The notes under the pieces are model-generated. The model saw nothing but the letters and a program-made list of their open reading frames with translations. It was not told the origin of the DNA and did no database searches. Below, piece after piece: positions 9,885 through 20,180 of a DNA stretch of 64,000 nucleotides. The position numbers and the translations under genes are program-made. Every line of letters starts with the position of its first letter. Position 1 is the stretch's first letter. Source of the DNA: an uncultured Peptoclostridium sp. (GTDB taxonomy: Bacteria; Bacillota; Clostridia; Peptostreptococcales; Peptostreptococcaceae); assembly GCA_965368085.1 (NCBI GenBank), contig CBDULP010000004.1, positions 25,401 to 89,400 of the forward strand, written 5' to 3'.

Positions 9885-10685
9885 TTACACTTCATTCTTT
9901 GTACTCTCTATTTCGGCACATTCTCCTACGGAAAAATAAGTGATATCACCTGTGATTCTATTTATTTCCACATTCACTTTTTTACTTGCATCATTTGCAT
10001 CCTGATACATGAAAAAAACAGTGTCCACCCCTTTATATCCGTCTGTGCAATATGTTTCATATTCTGTTTTTCCAGTTAATTTTGCTTTTTCCATGTCTTC
10101 CAGCTTATTTTTAAGAATAAAATCTTCTGCCACTTTCTTTGACTCCTCAATTGTAATGAGGTTTTCCGGTTTTATTTTGCTTAAATCGAATTTTTCTTTG
10201 TATGTGACGTTTAAAACTTCTTTTGTTGCATCATTGAAGTCCACACCGTAAACTTCAAAAAGGTCACTGTTGTTGTTTTCTCGTATCCAAGATATAGATA
10301 TTCTTCCGGATTTAATTTTATTCTTGTATTCTTGCAGCTTTTTTATCCATTTTTCATCCTCTGCAGTCTTATTCGAGATAGACTTTAAATGCTCAATAGC
10401 CATGTCTATGTCTTCAGTTTGCTTTTTTGTACTTTCATGTCCAGCACTAAATGTCAAATCGCTAAAATCCGGCGCTTCGTCATAATACTTTTTAATTACC
10501 GCCATTGCTTCGCTTTTTAGCGTCTCCTCAATTGAGTATTCTTCCTGGTTTTTTCCCGCATACACTATATTTTCCTTCACCTTATTGGCCAAAGCATTAT
10601 TTTGGACAAGCTTACAACAATTGTAACCGCCTCCCATTAAAAGTCCCGCTAACACAAAACCTGTTATTATTTTTCCTGCCTTCAT
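9885..10685 (-). CDS. Membrane-anchored hypothetical protein, possible PepSY-like C-terminal module
   Basis: N-terminal hydrophobic anchor. The C-terminal ITIEESKKVAEDFILKN ... VNVEINRITGDITYF resembles the neighbouring lipoprotein's modules. Confidence 0.35.
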   Translation of the reverse strand: MKAGKIITGFVLAGLLMGGGYNCCKLVQNNALANKVKENIVYAGKNQEEYSIEETLKSEAMAVIKKYYDEAPDFSDLTFSAGHESTKKQTEDIDMAIEHLKSISNKTAEDEKWIKKLQEYKNKIKSGRISISWIRENNNSDLFEVYGVDFNDATKEVLNVTYKEKFDLSKIKPENLITIEESKKVAEDFILKNKLEDMEKAKLTGKTEYETYCTDGYKGVDTVFFMYQDANDASKKVNVEINRITGDITYFSVGECAEIESTKNEV

Positions 10686-10783
10686 TTTTATCCCCCCCTC
10701 CTATTTTTGTCCTCTTTTCATTTATCAAGTATAGCAATGGGATATTATGAAGATTTGATAAAGTTGTTAAATAGTTGTAAAAT

Positions 10784-12193
10784 TTAAGAGAAAAGCACCT
10801 TTACACTTGTCCCTTTATTCAATTCACTTTCAACTGTGATATGAGCATCATGAATATCAGTTATTTTTTTGCAGATCGAAAGACCCAGCCCGGCTCCATT
10901 TTCCTTTCTGCTTCTTGATTTGTCCACCATGTAAAAAGGTTCCATAATCTTATCCAAATGCTCCTTATCCATTCCTATTCCACAATCCTTTACTTCAACA
11001 ATGGTTTTTTCTTTGTTTTTATATACTCTTAAATATACTTTAGACCCTTTTTCAGAAGCTTTTATCGCATTATCCAGTAAGTTGGCTATGAGCATTCTAA
11101 TCAAGTCTTTTTCTACATATAACACACATTCTTCTCCTTCTATAATCAGGTCTATATTTTTTTCCATTACTTTCGGGAGCAGCGACATCTTTGTTTCCGC
11201 TAATATTTCCATTATGCTTTCGGATTTTAATTGAAAATCATCTGCTTTGACGAGTACTAAGTTCATCATTTTAAACGACAGTTGTTCCAATCTTTTTCCT
11301 TCTTCATAAATAAAATCCACCGCATCATAAAACATTTTTTCACTTATTTTTGTTGTTCTAAGTAAATTTGCATAACCGATAATAGAGGTTAAAGGAGTTT
11401 TTAATTCATGTGTCAAATTATCTATAAACCGCTGTTTTTCATCATTATACCTTTGAAGTTCATTTATTTTTTCTTCTATCGCGTCTGCCATGGCATTAAA
11501 ATCATTGGATAAAATTCCAAGCTCATCCTTTGAGGATATCTGTACTCTTTCATGATAGTTTCCTTTAGCTATATTCTGGGTGGATTTTGTCAACTTGTTT
11601 ATTGGGCTTGTTATTAATTTGCTGATTATATACATGAAAGCAGCAAATATAATACATATATTTATTTCAAATTTAAAGAAAAAATCATATCGCCTTTTTC
11701 TTTCTTCATATATAGATGAAATGTTTTTTATATAGGATATTTTAAAGTTTTGATTCTCTATATTCGTCAGGCCGGATACAAACAAATAGGCTTCATTCTC
11801 AAATTCCCTTATAATATAGCTTCTTTTTTCCATGGCAAGATTTCTTAGTTCTTCTCTCTCACTTGGATTTAATGCGTTGAAATTGGTAAATATAACATCA
11901 TTATTAACGTCTAAAATTTCAACATGAATTTTTTCTTGACTAAAACACGCGACATATTGTTCTGAAGATTTCCTCACAGCTCCAATTACATCTCTATCTC
12001 TCTTCATCGCAAAATTTTTAAAAAAATTTGCGTCCAATACCAATAGCATGCTTCTATAATCCTTTAATGTGTTTTTTACTTCTCCATTCAAACTTTCATT
12101 ATGGATTTTTTCTATTATTGCAATTCCTGCTATGTTGAATGTTATTATAAAACAGATAAAGAAAATGCTATATATCTTTTGCCAAAGCTTCAT
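10784..12193 (-). CDS. Sensor histidine kinase with ~150-aa extracytoplasmic domain, HAMP, HisKA, HATPase_c
   Basis: Two TM helices flank a sensor loop. H-box LTHELKTPLTSI, N-box LLDNAIKAS, G-boxes DCGIGM and GAGLGLSI. Confidence 0.9.
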   Translation of the reverse strand: MKLWQKIYSIFFICFIITFNIAGIAIIEKIHNESLNGEVKNTLKDYRSMLLVLDANFFKNFAMKRDRDVIGAVRKSSEQYVACFSQEKIHVEILDVNNDVIFTNFNALNPSEREELRNLAMEKRSYIIREFENEAYLFVSGLTNIENQNFKISYIKNISSIYEERKRRYDFFFKFEINICIIFAAFMYIISKLITSPINKLTKSTQNIAKGNYHERVQISSKDELGILSNDFNAMADAIEEKINELQRYNDEKQRFIDNLTHELKTPLTSIIGYANLLRTTKISEKMFYDAVDFIYEEGKRLEQLSFKMMNLVLVKADDFQLKSESIMEILAETKMSLLPKVMEKNIDLIIEGEECVLYVEKDLIRMLIANLLDNAIKASEKGSKVYLRVYKNKEKTIVEVKDCGIGMDKEHLDKIMEPFYMVDKSRSRKENGAGLGLSICKKITDIHDAHITVESELNKGTSVKVLFS

Positions 12194-12200
12194 TGTTTAC

Positions 12201-12866
12201 CTAGTCCTCCAATCGATATCCAATCTTGAAGACAGTCTTTATATTGTCATTGAGATCTAATTTTTTTCTCAACTTTTGCACATGGGTGTCCACCGTTCTT
12301 GTTTCCCCCAAGTATTCATATCCCCAAACCCTTTCTAAAATTTGCTCTCTGGATAAAGCCATGTTTTTATTTTGGACAAGCAACACCAAAAGATCATATT
12401 CCTTCAGGGTTAATTCTATTGTTTTTCCTTCTTTTTTTATCGTTCTCTCATCCAATAAAATGGTCAAGTCCTTAAACTGTATAACAGAATCATTTTTCCC
12501 ATACCTTCGCAACACAACTTCTATCCTTGCAAGAAGTTCTATTGCCTCAAATGGCTTTACAATATAATCTTCCGCCCCTAGTTTCAGTCCCTCAACTTTG
12601 TTGAGCACTGCGTCTTTAGCGGTAAGAAATATTACCGGTATATTTAAATGACTAATTTTTTTCATCAAAGAAAATCCATCTATGTTCGGAATCATAACAT
12701 CCAGCAATATCAAATCAAATTTCTCGCTTTCTATCAGATTTAAAGCCTCTATCCCGTCAAAAACTTGCTTGCCTTCATACCCTGCTATCTCCAAATGCAC
12801 TTTGATTAAATTCGATATGCCTTTTTCATCTTCCACAATGCATATTTTTTTACCCAACACTCCCAC
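12201..12866 (-). CDS. OmpR-family response regulator
   Basis: Receiver domain with LILLDVMIPNIDG and a C-terminal winged helix (TRTVDTHVQKLRKKL ... GYRL). Confidence 0.9.
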   Translation of the reverse strand: MGVLGKKICIVEDEKGISNLIKVHLEIAGYEGKQVFDGIEALNLIESEKFDLILLDVMIPNIDGFSLMKKISHLNIPVIFLTAKDAVLNKVEGLKLGAEDYIVKPFEAIELLARIEVVLRRYGKNDSVIQFKDLTILLDERTIKKEGKTIELTLKEYDLLVLLVQNKNMALSREQILERVWGYEYLGETRTVDTHVQKLRKKLDLNDNIKTVFKIGYRLED

Positions 12867-12883
12867 CCCTGCTTTCTATGAAT

Positions 12884-14863
12884 TCAACCCTTATTGATAA
12901 TGCTTTTGCTGCCTATATAAGTCAGTACAAAATATGATCCATAAATCATCACTACAAAAGCAGCCGTTGCAATAATAGTTGCTGTAACATCAACATGTCC
13001 GAAGTTTTTTATGACATCGTTTGCGGCACGCAGCCCTACCACCGAATGAATAATCGCAAGCATAAGAGGAAATATAAAATAGCAAAGATTCTGTATAAAC
13101 AGTGCCCTGTTTAACATCTTCTTGCCGGTTCCAAGCTTAACAAGCAACCTGTAGCGTTCCCTGTTGTCTGCCGCTTCAGAAAGCTGTTGAATTGCAATGA
13201 TTGCCGCACATGTAATCATAAATACAATTCCAAGATACATAGATAGGAAAGATATGATTGCTTTAATCGAAATCGAGTTTCCATATATAGCCAATTTCGA
13301 CCTGTAATACGAAAATGCTTCATTTTCACTTCCACTTTGAAACGCTTTCAACAACTCGTCGAACTCGTATTCTTTCTCATCGTTCGTACACTGGATGTTT
13401 AAAACTCTTTGCATAATAGGGATATCTTTCACCACATGGTCATTAACTACAAACAGAATATAATAAACGCCATTGCCAACATTCGTTTGTTCAACTTTTC
13501 CCACTGGGGCCAAATCCAAATCGTTTACAGAAAGAATTGTACCATTTGTAACAAGCTGCCTTGTTATTCCATTTAGCTTTTCAAAAGTACAAGTCACGGC
13601 ATACCGACCCTTTGGCAAATCAAACTTTTCCAATCCCGATAACATGCGCATTTTATTATAATCACTCAATGTAACCAGTTTCACCGTATCTCTTTCCGCC
13701 CCTGTAAAATCTGATCCGAATTCCAGCCCTAAATCTTCAAATGTCATTTCCGATTGTGGAATTTCATATACTGCAAATTCGCCATAACTTTTTATACCAT
13801 TGAAAGAAGTGATTCTTTTCGGCAAGTTATCATAAATCGGCTTTGCCTCATGTCCTGCATAACTGTAATTGTAAATAGAAAAGTCATAAGAAATATCATC
13901 CTTCAAATCTTTGGATATCACGCTTTGCAAGCTGTATCCACTAGAAAATATTCCCATGACCAACAGCAATACAATACAAACTACCGAAATTGATATGAAG
14001 TTTGTATTGATTTTGCTGTTGATTTGGCGAAGCACAAACATATTGAGGTTCTTGAAATACAATTTTTCATTGCTTTGAATTAACTTTGTCAAAATTCCTG
14101 CGATAGAAAAGAAAAACAATAAAGTTCCAACAATGCCCAAAACAATAGAAGTCGCGAAATAAAGATTAACCTCTATAATTCCATTTTTCAAAATAATTAT
14201 ATAAGCTCCGGCTAAACATACAATTGAGACTGCAAATGAAAGTACGCAAACCCAAAGCTTCTCAACTGTCAGGACTTCATTTTTTCTCCCATCGTAAAGC
14301 AAGTCAATAAGCTTATGCTTTCCAATGGAATATGTGTTGAATGCAATCACCACGGAAAAAATCACTCCGAAATATAGAATGCTTTTTAAAGCGGCTGCTG
14401 GAGCGAATATGAACTTGAACCTAGTCATGTCCGCTTCAAATATATTTGCTGTAAATACCGACATGAACTGAGAACCCAATACCCCGAGCAACAGGCCCAC
14501 AACAAGTGCGACAACCGCCATAAGCGAAGTTTCAAGCACGAGTATCTTTGAAATTTTTCCCTTTGCCATCCCCAAAAGCATATATATTCCAAACTCTTTC
14601 TTTCTACGCTTGATAAAAAAATTGTTTGCATAGACAATCAAAAAACCAAGTACCACTGCAACAAATACAGAAATATAAGACAATATCTTATTTAAGGATT
14701 CCATAGATTCATTAATCATCTGCGTAACACCCATAATCTCTTTCTGGGCGTAAATTGAGTTAAACATGTAAAATATGCACACGCCCAGTACAAGCGTAAA
14801 AAAGTACACCGCATAGTCGCGAAAGCTTTTCCCAATATTTTTAATCGCAAGCCTAATCAGCAT
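12884..14863 (-). CDS. BceB-type (FtsX-family) ABC permease, peptide-antibiotic sensing/resistance type
   Basis: 659 aa, about 10 TM helices, with a large extracellular domain between the N- and C-terminal TM bundles. It overlaps the upstream ATPase gene by 11 nt. Confidence 0.8.
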   Translation of the reverse strand: MLIRLAIKNIGKSFRDYAVYFFTLVLGVCIFYMFNSIYAQKEIMGVTQMINESMESLNKILSYISVFVAVVLGFLIVYANNFFIKRRKKEFGIYMLLGMAKGKISKILVLETSLMAVVALVVGLLLGVLGSQFMSVFTANIFEADMTRFKFIFAPAAALKSILYFGVIFSVVIAFNTYSIGKHKLIDLLYDGRKNEVLTVEKLWVCVLSFAVSIVCLAGAYIIILKNGIIEVNLYFATSIVLGIVGTLLFFFSIAGILTKLIQSNEKLYFKNLNMFVLRQINSKINTNFISISVVCIVLLLVMGIFSSGYSLQSVISKDLKDDISYDFSIYNYSYAGHEAKPIYDNLPKRITSFNGIKSYGEFAVYEIPQSEMTFEDLGLEFGSDFTGAERDTVKLVTLSDYNKMRMLSGLEKFDLPKGRYAVTCTFEKLNGITRQLVTNGTILSVNDLDLAPVGKVEQTNVGNGVYYILFVVNDHVVKDIPIMQRVLNIQCTNDEKEYEFDELLKAFQSGSENEAFSYYRSKLAIYGNSISIKAIISFLSMYLGIVFMITCAAIIAIQQLSEAADNRERYRLLVKLGTGKKMLNRALFIQNLCYFIFPLMLAIIHSVVGLRAANDVIKNFGHVDVTATIIATAAFVVMIYGSYFVLTYIGSKSIINKG

Positions 14864-15617
14864 TCAGATCACCTCCAAGAAGTGCCACCACCTCCATAAT
14901 ACGGTCAAAAAACTCTTTTCTTGTCTCATTCCCGCGGACCAATTCATTAAAAAGCCTGCCGTCTTTAATAAACAAAATACGCCTGCAATAACTTGCTGCA
15001 AACGTATCGTGTGTAACCATTAAAATACTTGCTCCGATTTCTTCATTGAGCTTTTTAAAGCTTTCCAAGAGCATTTTCGCAGATTTGGAATCCAGCGCAC
15101 CGGTGGGTTCATCTGCTAAAATCATGGATGGGCTCGTTATAATAGCCCGGGCCGAAGCAACACGCTGCTTTTGCCCCCCCGACATCTGATATGGATATTT
15201 TTGCAAAATATCGGTGATGCTGAGTAAATTCGCAACATTTGTTACTCTTGCGGCAATTTCATTTGCCGGGGTGTTTACAATGACAAGCGCAAGAGCAATA
15301 TTCTCATATGCCGTAAGGGTGTCAAGCAAATTGAAGTCCTGGAAAATAAACCCCAGCTTTTTTCTGCGAAACTCCAACAAAGCCTCCGCCTTCATTTCGG
15401 TAACATCTTGCCCGTTAATGAGAATATTCCCGGCTGTAACACTGTCAATAGTGGAAATGCAATTAAGCAGAGTGGTTTTGCCACTTCCCGACGCACCCAT
15501 TATCCCAATGTATTCACCCTCATCAACCGAAAAGCTGATGTCGCTTATAGCTTTTGTTATATTTCCTTTTCCTCCATAATACTTTTTCAGGTTTTTAACT
15601 TTTAATATTTCACTCAT
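14853..15617 (-). CDS. BceA-type ABC transporter ATP-binding protein
   Basis: Walker A GASGSGKTT, signature MSGGQKQRV, Walker B ILADEPTGALD. This is MacB/Bce-class ATPase context. Confidence 0.9.
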   Translation of the reverse strand: MSEILKVKNLKKYYGGKGNITKAISDISFSVDEGEYIGIMGASGSGKTTLLNCISTIDSVTAGNILINGQDVTEMKAEALLEFRRKKLGFIFQDFNLLDTLTAYENIALALVIVNTPANEIAARVTNVANLLSITDILQKYPYQMSGGQKQRVASARAIITSPSMILADEPTGALDSKSAKMLLESFKKLNEEIGASILMVTHDTFAASYCRRILFIKDGRLFNELVRGNETRKEFFDRIMEVVALLGGDLNAD

Positions 15618-15684
15618 TTATTTCATTCCTTTCAAGTATTGTTTTCCATACTGCAAGAACTTCCTTTCCCCTTCAATCATAGCA

Positions 15685-16221
15685 TCAATCAGCAATTATA
15701 AATTCAATAGACGTGTTTCTGACTTTTCCGCCATCCATAAAATCCACCCTGTATCTTCCGGCTTTCAGCTCATCAATATTGTCAATAACAAGATTGTAAT
15801 AATTTGAACTTGTCAAATCGCACGGCACTTCAAAAAGCTTTTTGCCATCATACGGAAATGTTTGGTCGTTCCATGTACAATCTTCCTTGCCGGTAACGCA
15901 GACATTTTCATCATACTCACATAAATAATACAAGCGGATATAAGCTGTTTTCAGGTTGATAAACCTTGTTCTCTTGGCTGAAGCTATAACGGCCCCTGTA
16001 TCTTTTGGAATTATCAGCACCTCATCTTCCTTGCTTTCCTTCTTGTCTGCTAGAATATCAACTGGATTTCCATTTTCATCTACTGAAGTTGATATAACAG
16101 GAGAATCAACCTCAATCTTTGGTCCGCTCAGGTAAGATACAGCTTTAATGCCCATAAAAGCCAAAGAACTTACCGCCACCAAAACCAATGTTGCAATGAT
16201 AATTTTTTTACCATTTTTCAT
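15685..16221 (-). CDS. Membrane-anchored hypothetical protein
   Basis: ORF with an N-terminal TM anchor and a beta-rich extracytoplasmic part. No motif recognised. Confidence 0.4.
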   Translation of the reverse strand: MKNGKKIIIATLVLVAVSSLAFMGIKAVSYLSGPKIEVDSPVISTSVDENGNPVDILADKKESKEDEVLIIPKDTGAVIASAKRTRFINLKTAYIRLYYLCEYDENVCVTGKEDCTWNDQTFPYDGKKLFEVPCDLTSSNYYNLVIDNIDELKAGRYRVDFMDGGKVRNTSIEFIIAD

Positions 16222-16251
16222 AACAAAACCTCCCTTTTTTAAGATACAAAT

Positions 16252-17022
16252 CTAAGATACAAAATAACTAATAGTTGCAATAATCCACAAATGCAAAGGA
16301 TAAAACACATAGAAAAAGTACTTGCTGAATTTATCATTTCTGCCACGCTGTCCATTATACAAGTATATAAACGGAATGACTGTGACAAATAACCAATCGG
16401 CGTTAAATAAAATCATGTCAATAGTCATTGATACAGTGTCATAAATTTGAACATTCAAAAGTGTAACGAAAAACATAACTGCCGCCAAAGCAATATATCC
16501 GATGTCGCGCAACTTGTTTTGATTTTTGAAAAAATATGTTATTAGCATAAAAGGCAATACAACGTGACCTCCCTCAGTGATCAGTATACCGCCAAACATG
16601 ACTATGAGGCCCAGCACTATTCGTACAAACATAACCGCTTGCTGTATCCCCGTGCTCTTTTCGGTTAATCCTTTTATTTCGAAAGACATGACATTTATCA
16701 TCAACACACCAAATGCCAATGTCAAGAATATGTTGTTAAAAACGTGTATCTCTTTGCTTTGAAATATAATATCCAGCAACGAGTTTCCGCAAAACATTAT
16801 ACCAGCCCACAAAAATAATCGTCCATTATATTTTAGCTTGTTTCTAGTATGGATAATGCCTTCCACCGCCATAAATGCAAACCAGGCGGATACACAGCGA
16901 GTTAAAGCATGTATGATTCCAACCCATGGCCCAGGGATCAATCCATAAATATGTGGCAGGTGGTCAAAAACCATTAAGATAGCCATGAACATTTTAACTT
17001 GAAACGCATCGAACTTCTTCAT
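16252..17022 (-). CDS. TraX-family integral membrane protein
   Basis: Polytopic membrane protein whose N-terminus (VKMFMAILMVFDHLPHIYG) resembles the TraX-family signature (LK..A...M..DH). Confidence 0.55.
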   Translation of the reverse strand: MKKFDAFQVKMFMAILMVFDHLPHIYGLIPGPWVGIIHALTRCVSAWFAFMAVEGIIHTRNKLKYNGRLFLWAGIMFCGNSLLDIIFQSKEIHVFNNIFLTLAFGVLMINVMSFEIKGLTEKSTGIQQAVMFVRIVLGLIVMFGGILITEGGHVVLPFMLITYFFKNQNKLRDIGYIALAAVMFFVTLLNVQIYDTVSMTIDMILFNADWLFVTVIPFIYLYNGQRGRNDKFSKYFFYVFYPLHLWIIATISYFVS

Positions 17023-17375
17023 ATCTCATTTTCCTCCCGCTTGTTTTTGTTTAATAATAATTATTATACTGTAGTTACACATTATCAACCATCGGTTCGC
17101 CTTACACAAAACTAACATTCCCGTCACATTGACAGACAAGCTTATATCTTGATTTATTCAAAAAGCTCTCTGTAAACAGAAAGTTTTCATGTAGTGTCAA
17201 AAATAGGATTGCATATATTTGTTATGCTGAATAAAATTCGAGTCCGCAAACTGAATTTAGAGTGCCGCCAATAGGCTTATTCAAAAGTTTATAGCTTTTA
17301 CGTATTGTAAGAAACTGCTTATGGCAGTAAAATTAGAGTAACAATGTTATCGCTACTTTGATTTGGAGGATTAAT

Positions 17376-18038
17376 ATGAAGATATATATATTGGAAGACG
17401 ACATTGTCTTATGCACAGAGCTTAGCAAGTTTTTGTCCTCTTACAATTACACTTGTGAGTTTAGCACTGATTTTGAGAACAGCATAAATCTCGCTTTGGA
17501 CTCTAATGCGGATTTGATCTTGCTCGACATCAATCTGCCCTATGTTGACGGCTATCATATTTGTCGTGAAATACGAAAAGCGTCCTCTGTCGCCATTATC
17601 GTGATGACTAGTCGGCAAACAGATATGGATGAACTTATGAGCTTAAATCTCGGTGCCGATGACTTTGTCACAAAACCATACAACATGCATATTCTGCTTG
17701 CGCGAATCTCAGCACTATTGAAGCGTTCTAAAACAAGTAATTATAGCGAAAAGATTGGATACAAGGGAGTCAATGTGATTCCAACAAAAAGCACAGTATC
17801 TCATGGAGCAAATGAAACAGAGCTTACAAAAAACGAGCTTCAAATTCTGACTGTCCTTATCCAGAATGCAGGAAAGATCGTCAGTCGCAACAAGCTGATG
17901 AATGAGCTTTGGCAGTCTGACGAATTTATAAACGACAACACCCTCACAGTCAACGTAAATCGTCTGCGTCACAAGCTGGATGAAATAGGTGCCCATAATT
18001 ACATCAAAACTAGGCGCAAACAGGGGTACATAGTATGA
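17376..18038 (+). CDS. OmpR-family response regulator (BceR-like)
   Basis: The ORF track starts at 17358. I prefer ATG 17376 (MKIYILEDD), preceded by GGAGGA at 17365-17370. Receiver motif LILLDINLPYVDG and winged helix TLTVNVNRLRHKL. Confidence 0.9.
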   Translation: MKIYILEDDIVLCTELSKFLSSYNYTCEFSTDFENSINLALDSNADLILLDINLPYVDGYHICREIRKASSVAIIVMTSRQTDMDELMSLNLGADDFVTKPYNMHILLARISALLKRSKTSNYSEKIGYKGVNVIPTKSTVSHGANETELTKNELQILTVLIQNAGKIVSRNKLMNELWQSDEFINDNTLTVNVNRLRHKLDEIGAHNYIKTRRKQGYIV

Positions 18039-19045
18039 AGCTGTCATCTTTTTTGAAGAACAAATGGGCTTTTCTGCTGTTGCAAAGCTTGCTTATCGCT
18101 TTTGAGATATTCCTATTCAAAGTTCTCAATATAAGCTATGCAGCTGCTATTTTGCTGTGTGCTGTCTTTACTACCATAAATGCAACATCTCTTGCTTTTG
18201 AATATGTCAAAAAGAGTCATTATTATAAGAACCTATACCAAACACTTGAGCAGATGGACAAAAAGCAATATATTTCATCTGTAATCGAATCACCCGACTT
18301 TACCGAGGCTGAAATACTGGTTGATATTCTAAAACAGGCAACAAAGGCAATGAATGATGAAATTGCTTTCTACGAGCGGAAAAATGAAGATTACAGAGAA
18401 TATATCGAAACTTGGATACACGAAGTAAAAACTCCAATCGCCTGCATTTCTCTCCTATGTGAAAACAGCTGGAATGAAACCAGTGCAAATATTCTTAATG
18501 AAGCAACAAAGATCGATTACTTTGTCGAACAGGCATTGTACTATGCACGAAGCACTAATGTAGAAAAGGATTATAACATTCATAGCATCCATATTGAATC
18601 AGCCGTAAAATCAAGTTTGAAAAAATACTCCAGACAGCTTATAGCAACAAACTGTTCAATATCATTTGAAAATCTGGATTTTACGGTCTATTCGGATAAA
18701 AAGTGGTTGGATTTCATTCTGGGGCAGCTCATTTCAAACAGCATAAAGTATCGCAGTAATCCTTTTGCACTTGCATTTTCAGCATCAGAATCACAAAGTA
18801 ACATTATACTGTCCATCCATGATAACGGAATAGGTATACCCGAAAGCGACCTTTCTCGCGTTTTTGAAAAAAGCTTTACTGGAGTAAACGGACGCAAATT
18901 TGGAAAATCTACAGGAATAGGACTTTACTTGTGCAAACGGCTTTGCGAAAAAATGAACTTGAAGCTTGAAATAGAATCAAGTGTTAAGAAAGATACTACT
19001 CTGCGCATCATCTTTCCAAAAGATAAATCGCTTATGTTTGAATAA
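18035..19045 (+). CDS. Intramembrane-sensing histidine kinase (BceS-like)
   Basis: Two N-terminal TM helices with an almost absent loop and no extracellular domain. H-box HEVKTPIACI and HATPase motifs (DNGIGI, GIGLYL). It overlaps the regulator gene by 4 nt. Confidence 0.85.
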   Translation: MKLSSFLKNKWAFLLLQSLLIAFEIFLFKVLNISYAAAILLCAVFTTINATSLAFEYVKKSHYYKNLYQTLEQMDKKQYISSVIESPDFTEAEILVDILKQATKAMNDEIAFYERKNEDYREYIETWIHEVKTPIACISLLCENSWNETSANILNEATKIDYFVEQALYYARSTNVEKDYNIHSIHIESAVKSSLKKYSRQLIATNCSISFENLDFTVYSDKKWLDFILGQLISNSIKYRSNPFALAFSASESQSNIILSIHDNGIGIPESDLSRVFEKSFTGVNGRKFGKSTGIGLYLCKRLCEKMNLKLEIESSVKKDTTLRIIFPKDKSLMFE

Positions 19046-19270
19046 AATGGGTAAGTTGCACTAAAGTTCCATCTACTCATCTTGACCAACTCTTTTCTTT
19101 CTCCTAGGAAACACCTCTTTCTATTTTTGTTATACAAAAAGAACCTATAGCGCAGACACTCTTTTTTTAGTGACCGCTCTATAGGTTCCAGTTTATTGAA
19201 ATAAAAGCTGTTTTAATAAAGATACTATTAAGTTTTAATATAAATATTTACCTTCAATAACAGATACATC

Positions 19271-19993
19271 CTATTTCAATGCCTTTTGTTCATTTGACTT
19301 CATAGTTTTTGCGATTCCTTCAGCCCATGCCGGATCAGATGCATACCTGCCGCCTATCTTCCTTAGGCTGTATCTTCCATTGCTGAAATAGCTTTTGCTT
19401 ATTATTTTTGCAAACTCCATTATGCAATCCTCTTTTGAACTGTAGCTTATAGCGCTCTCGTAGGGACTTGAATCATACGCCCCAAGGCCAAATAGATTGT
19501 TTTTGTTTATTGCAAGTCTTGATCTTCCATTACCCGACTCATGCTGCGCAAGGGATATTATAAAAAGAGCGTTCACCCCATGTATGTGCTCAGCCGCAAG
19601 GGCATATTCTCCAATTCCTTCAAGAGGGGTGCCCTTTACCGTGTTTTCAAGCTGGCTTTTTGAATAGCCGCACTTTTGATTCAGCTTCATGTCAATGTAG
19701 TTTTTCCTGTAATATCCTCCCCGGGATGTGTCTTCCCCTTCATAAGGACTTGAATATGCCAATTTTGATATTTCTTTAAGATCCTCCTTCAATACTGATG
19801 CTTTTTTATTCAAGCTTGACGCACTTTCAATAAGCTCACTGATTTTTTCATCAGCACTGTCAATTTTAAAATCTGAGTCTTCCAATTGCACAGCCTCTAT
19901 CGAATCCCTGCTAAAATTCAATGTTAAAAAAGATGACATTATACACACGGCAGCTATCAAAAAATATGAAGTCAACTTAATCAACGGTACCAC
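19271..19993 (-). CDS. Secreted mannosyl-glycoprotein endo-beta-N-acetylglucosaminidase (GH73) domain protein
   Basis: N-terminal anchor and a C-terminal LAQHESGNGRSRLAINKNNLFGLGAYDSSPY ... FAKIISKSY, the glucosaminidase (LytD/FlgJ-type) pattern. Confidence 0.75.
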   Translation of the reverse strand: MVPLIKLTSYFLIAAVCIMSSFLTLNFSRDSIEAVQLEDSDFKIDSADEKISELIESASSLNKKASVLKEDLKEISKLAYSSPYEGEDTSRGGYYRKNYIDMKLNQKCGYSKSQLENTVKGTPLEGIGEYALAAEHIHGVNALFIISLAQHESGNGRSRLAINKNNLFGLGAYDSSPYESAISYSSKEDCIMEFAKIISKSYFSNGRYSLRKIGGRYASDPAWAEGIAKTMKSNEQKALK

Positions 19994-20180
19994 CTCCCTC
20001 TATAATATTCTTTGTAAAATGTTATTTTACTTTTTTATATACCCACAGCGCATATGGCTTACTTAAAAAATAAAAAGAGCGTCCGCAATCCAGCCGAAAT
20101 AAACCAGATTTGCAAAACGCCCTTGTTTTTATTAAAAATGCATATCATTTATGCTTTTGCGCTACACTTGCTTTCGCAAA

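Noticed and set aside
19141-19188. 10-bp stem hairpin (GAACCTATAG ... CTATAGGTTC) with a 28-nt loop between the convergent kinase and GH73 genes.
   Set aside because: The loop is too large and no U-tract follows on either strand. It was not called as a terminator, though it could be a weak one.
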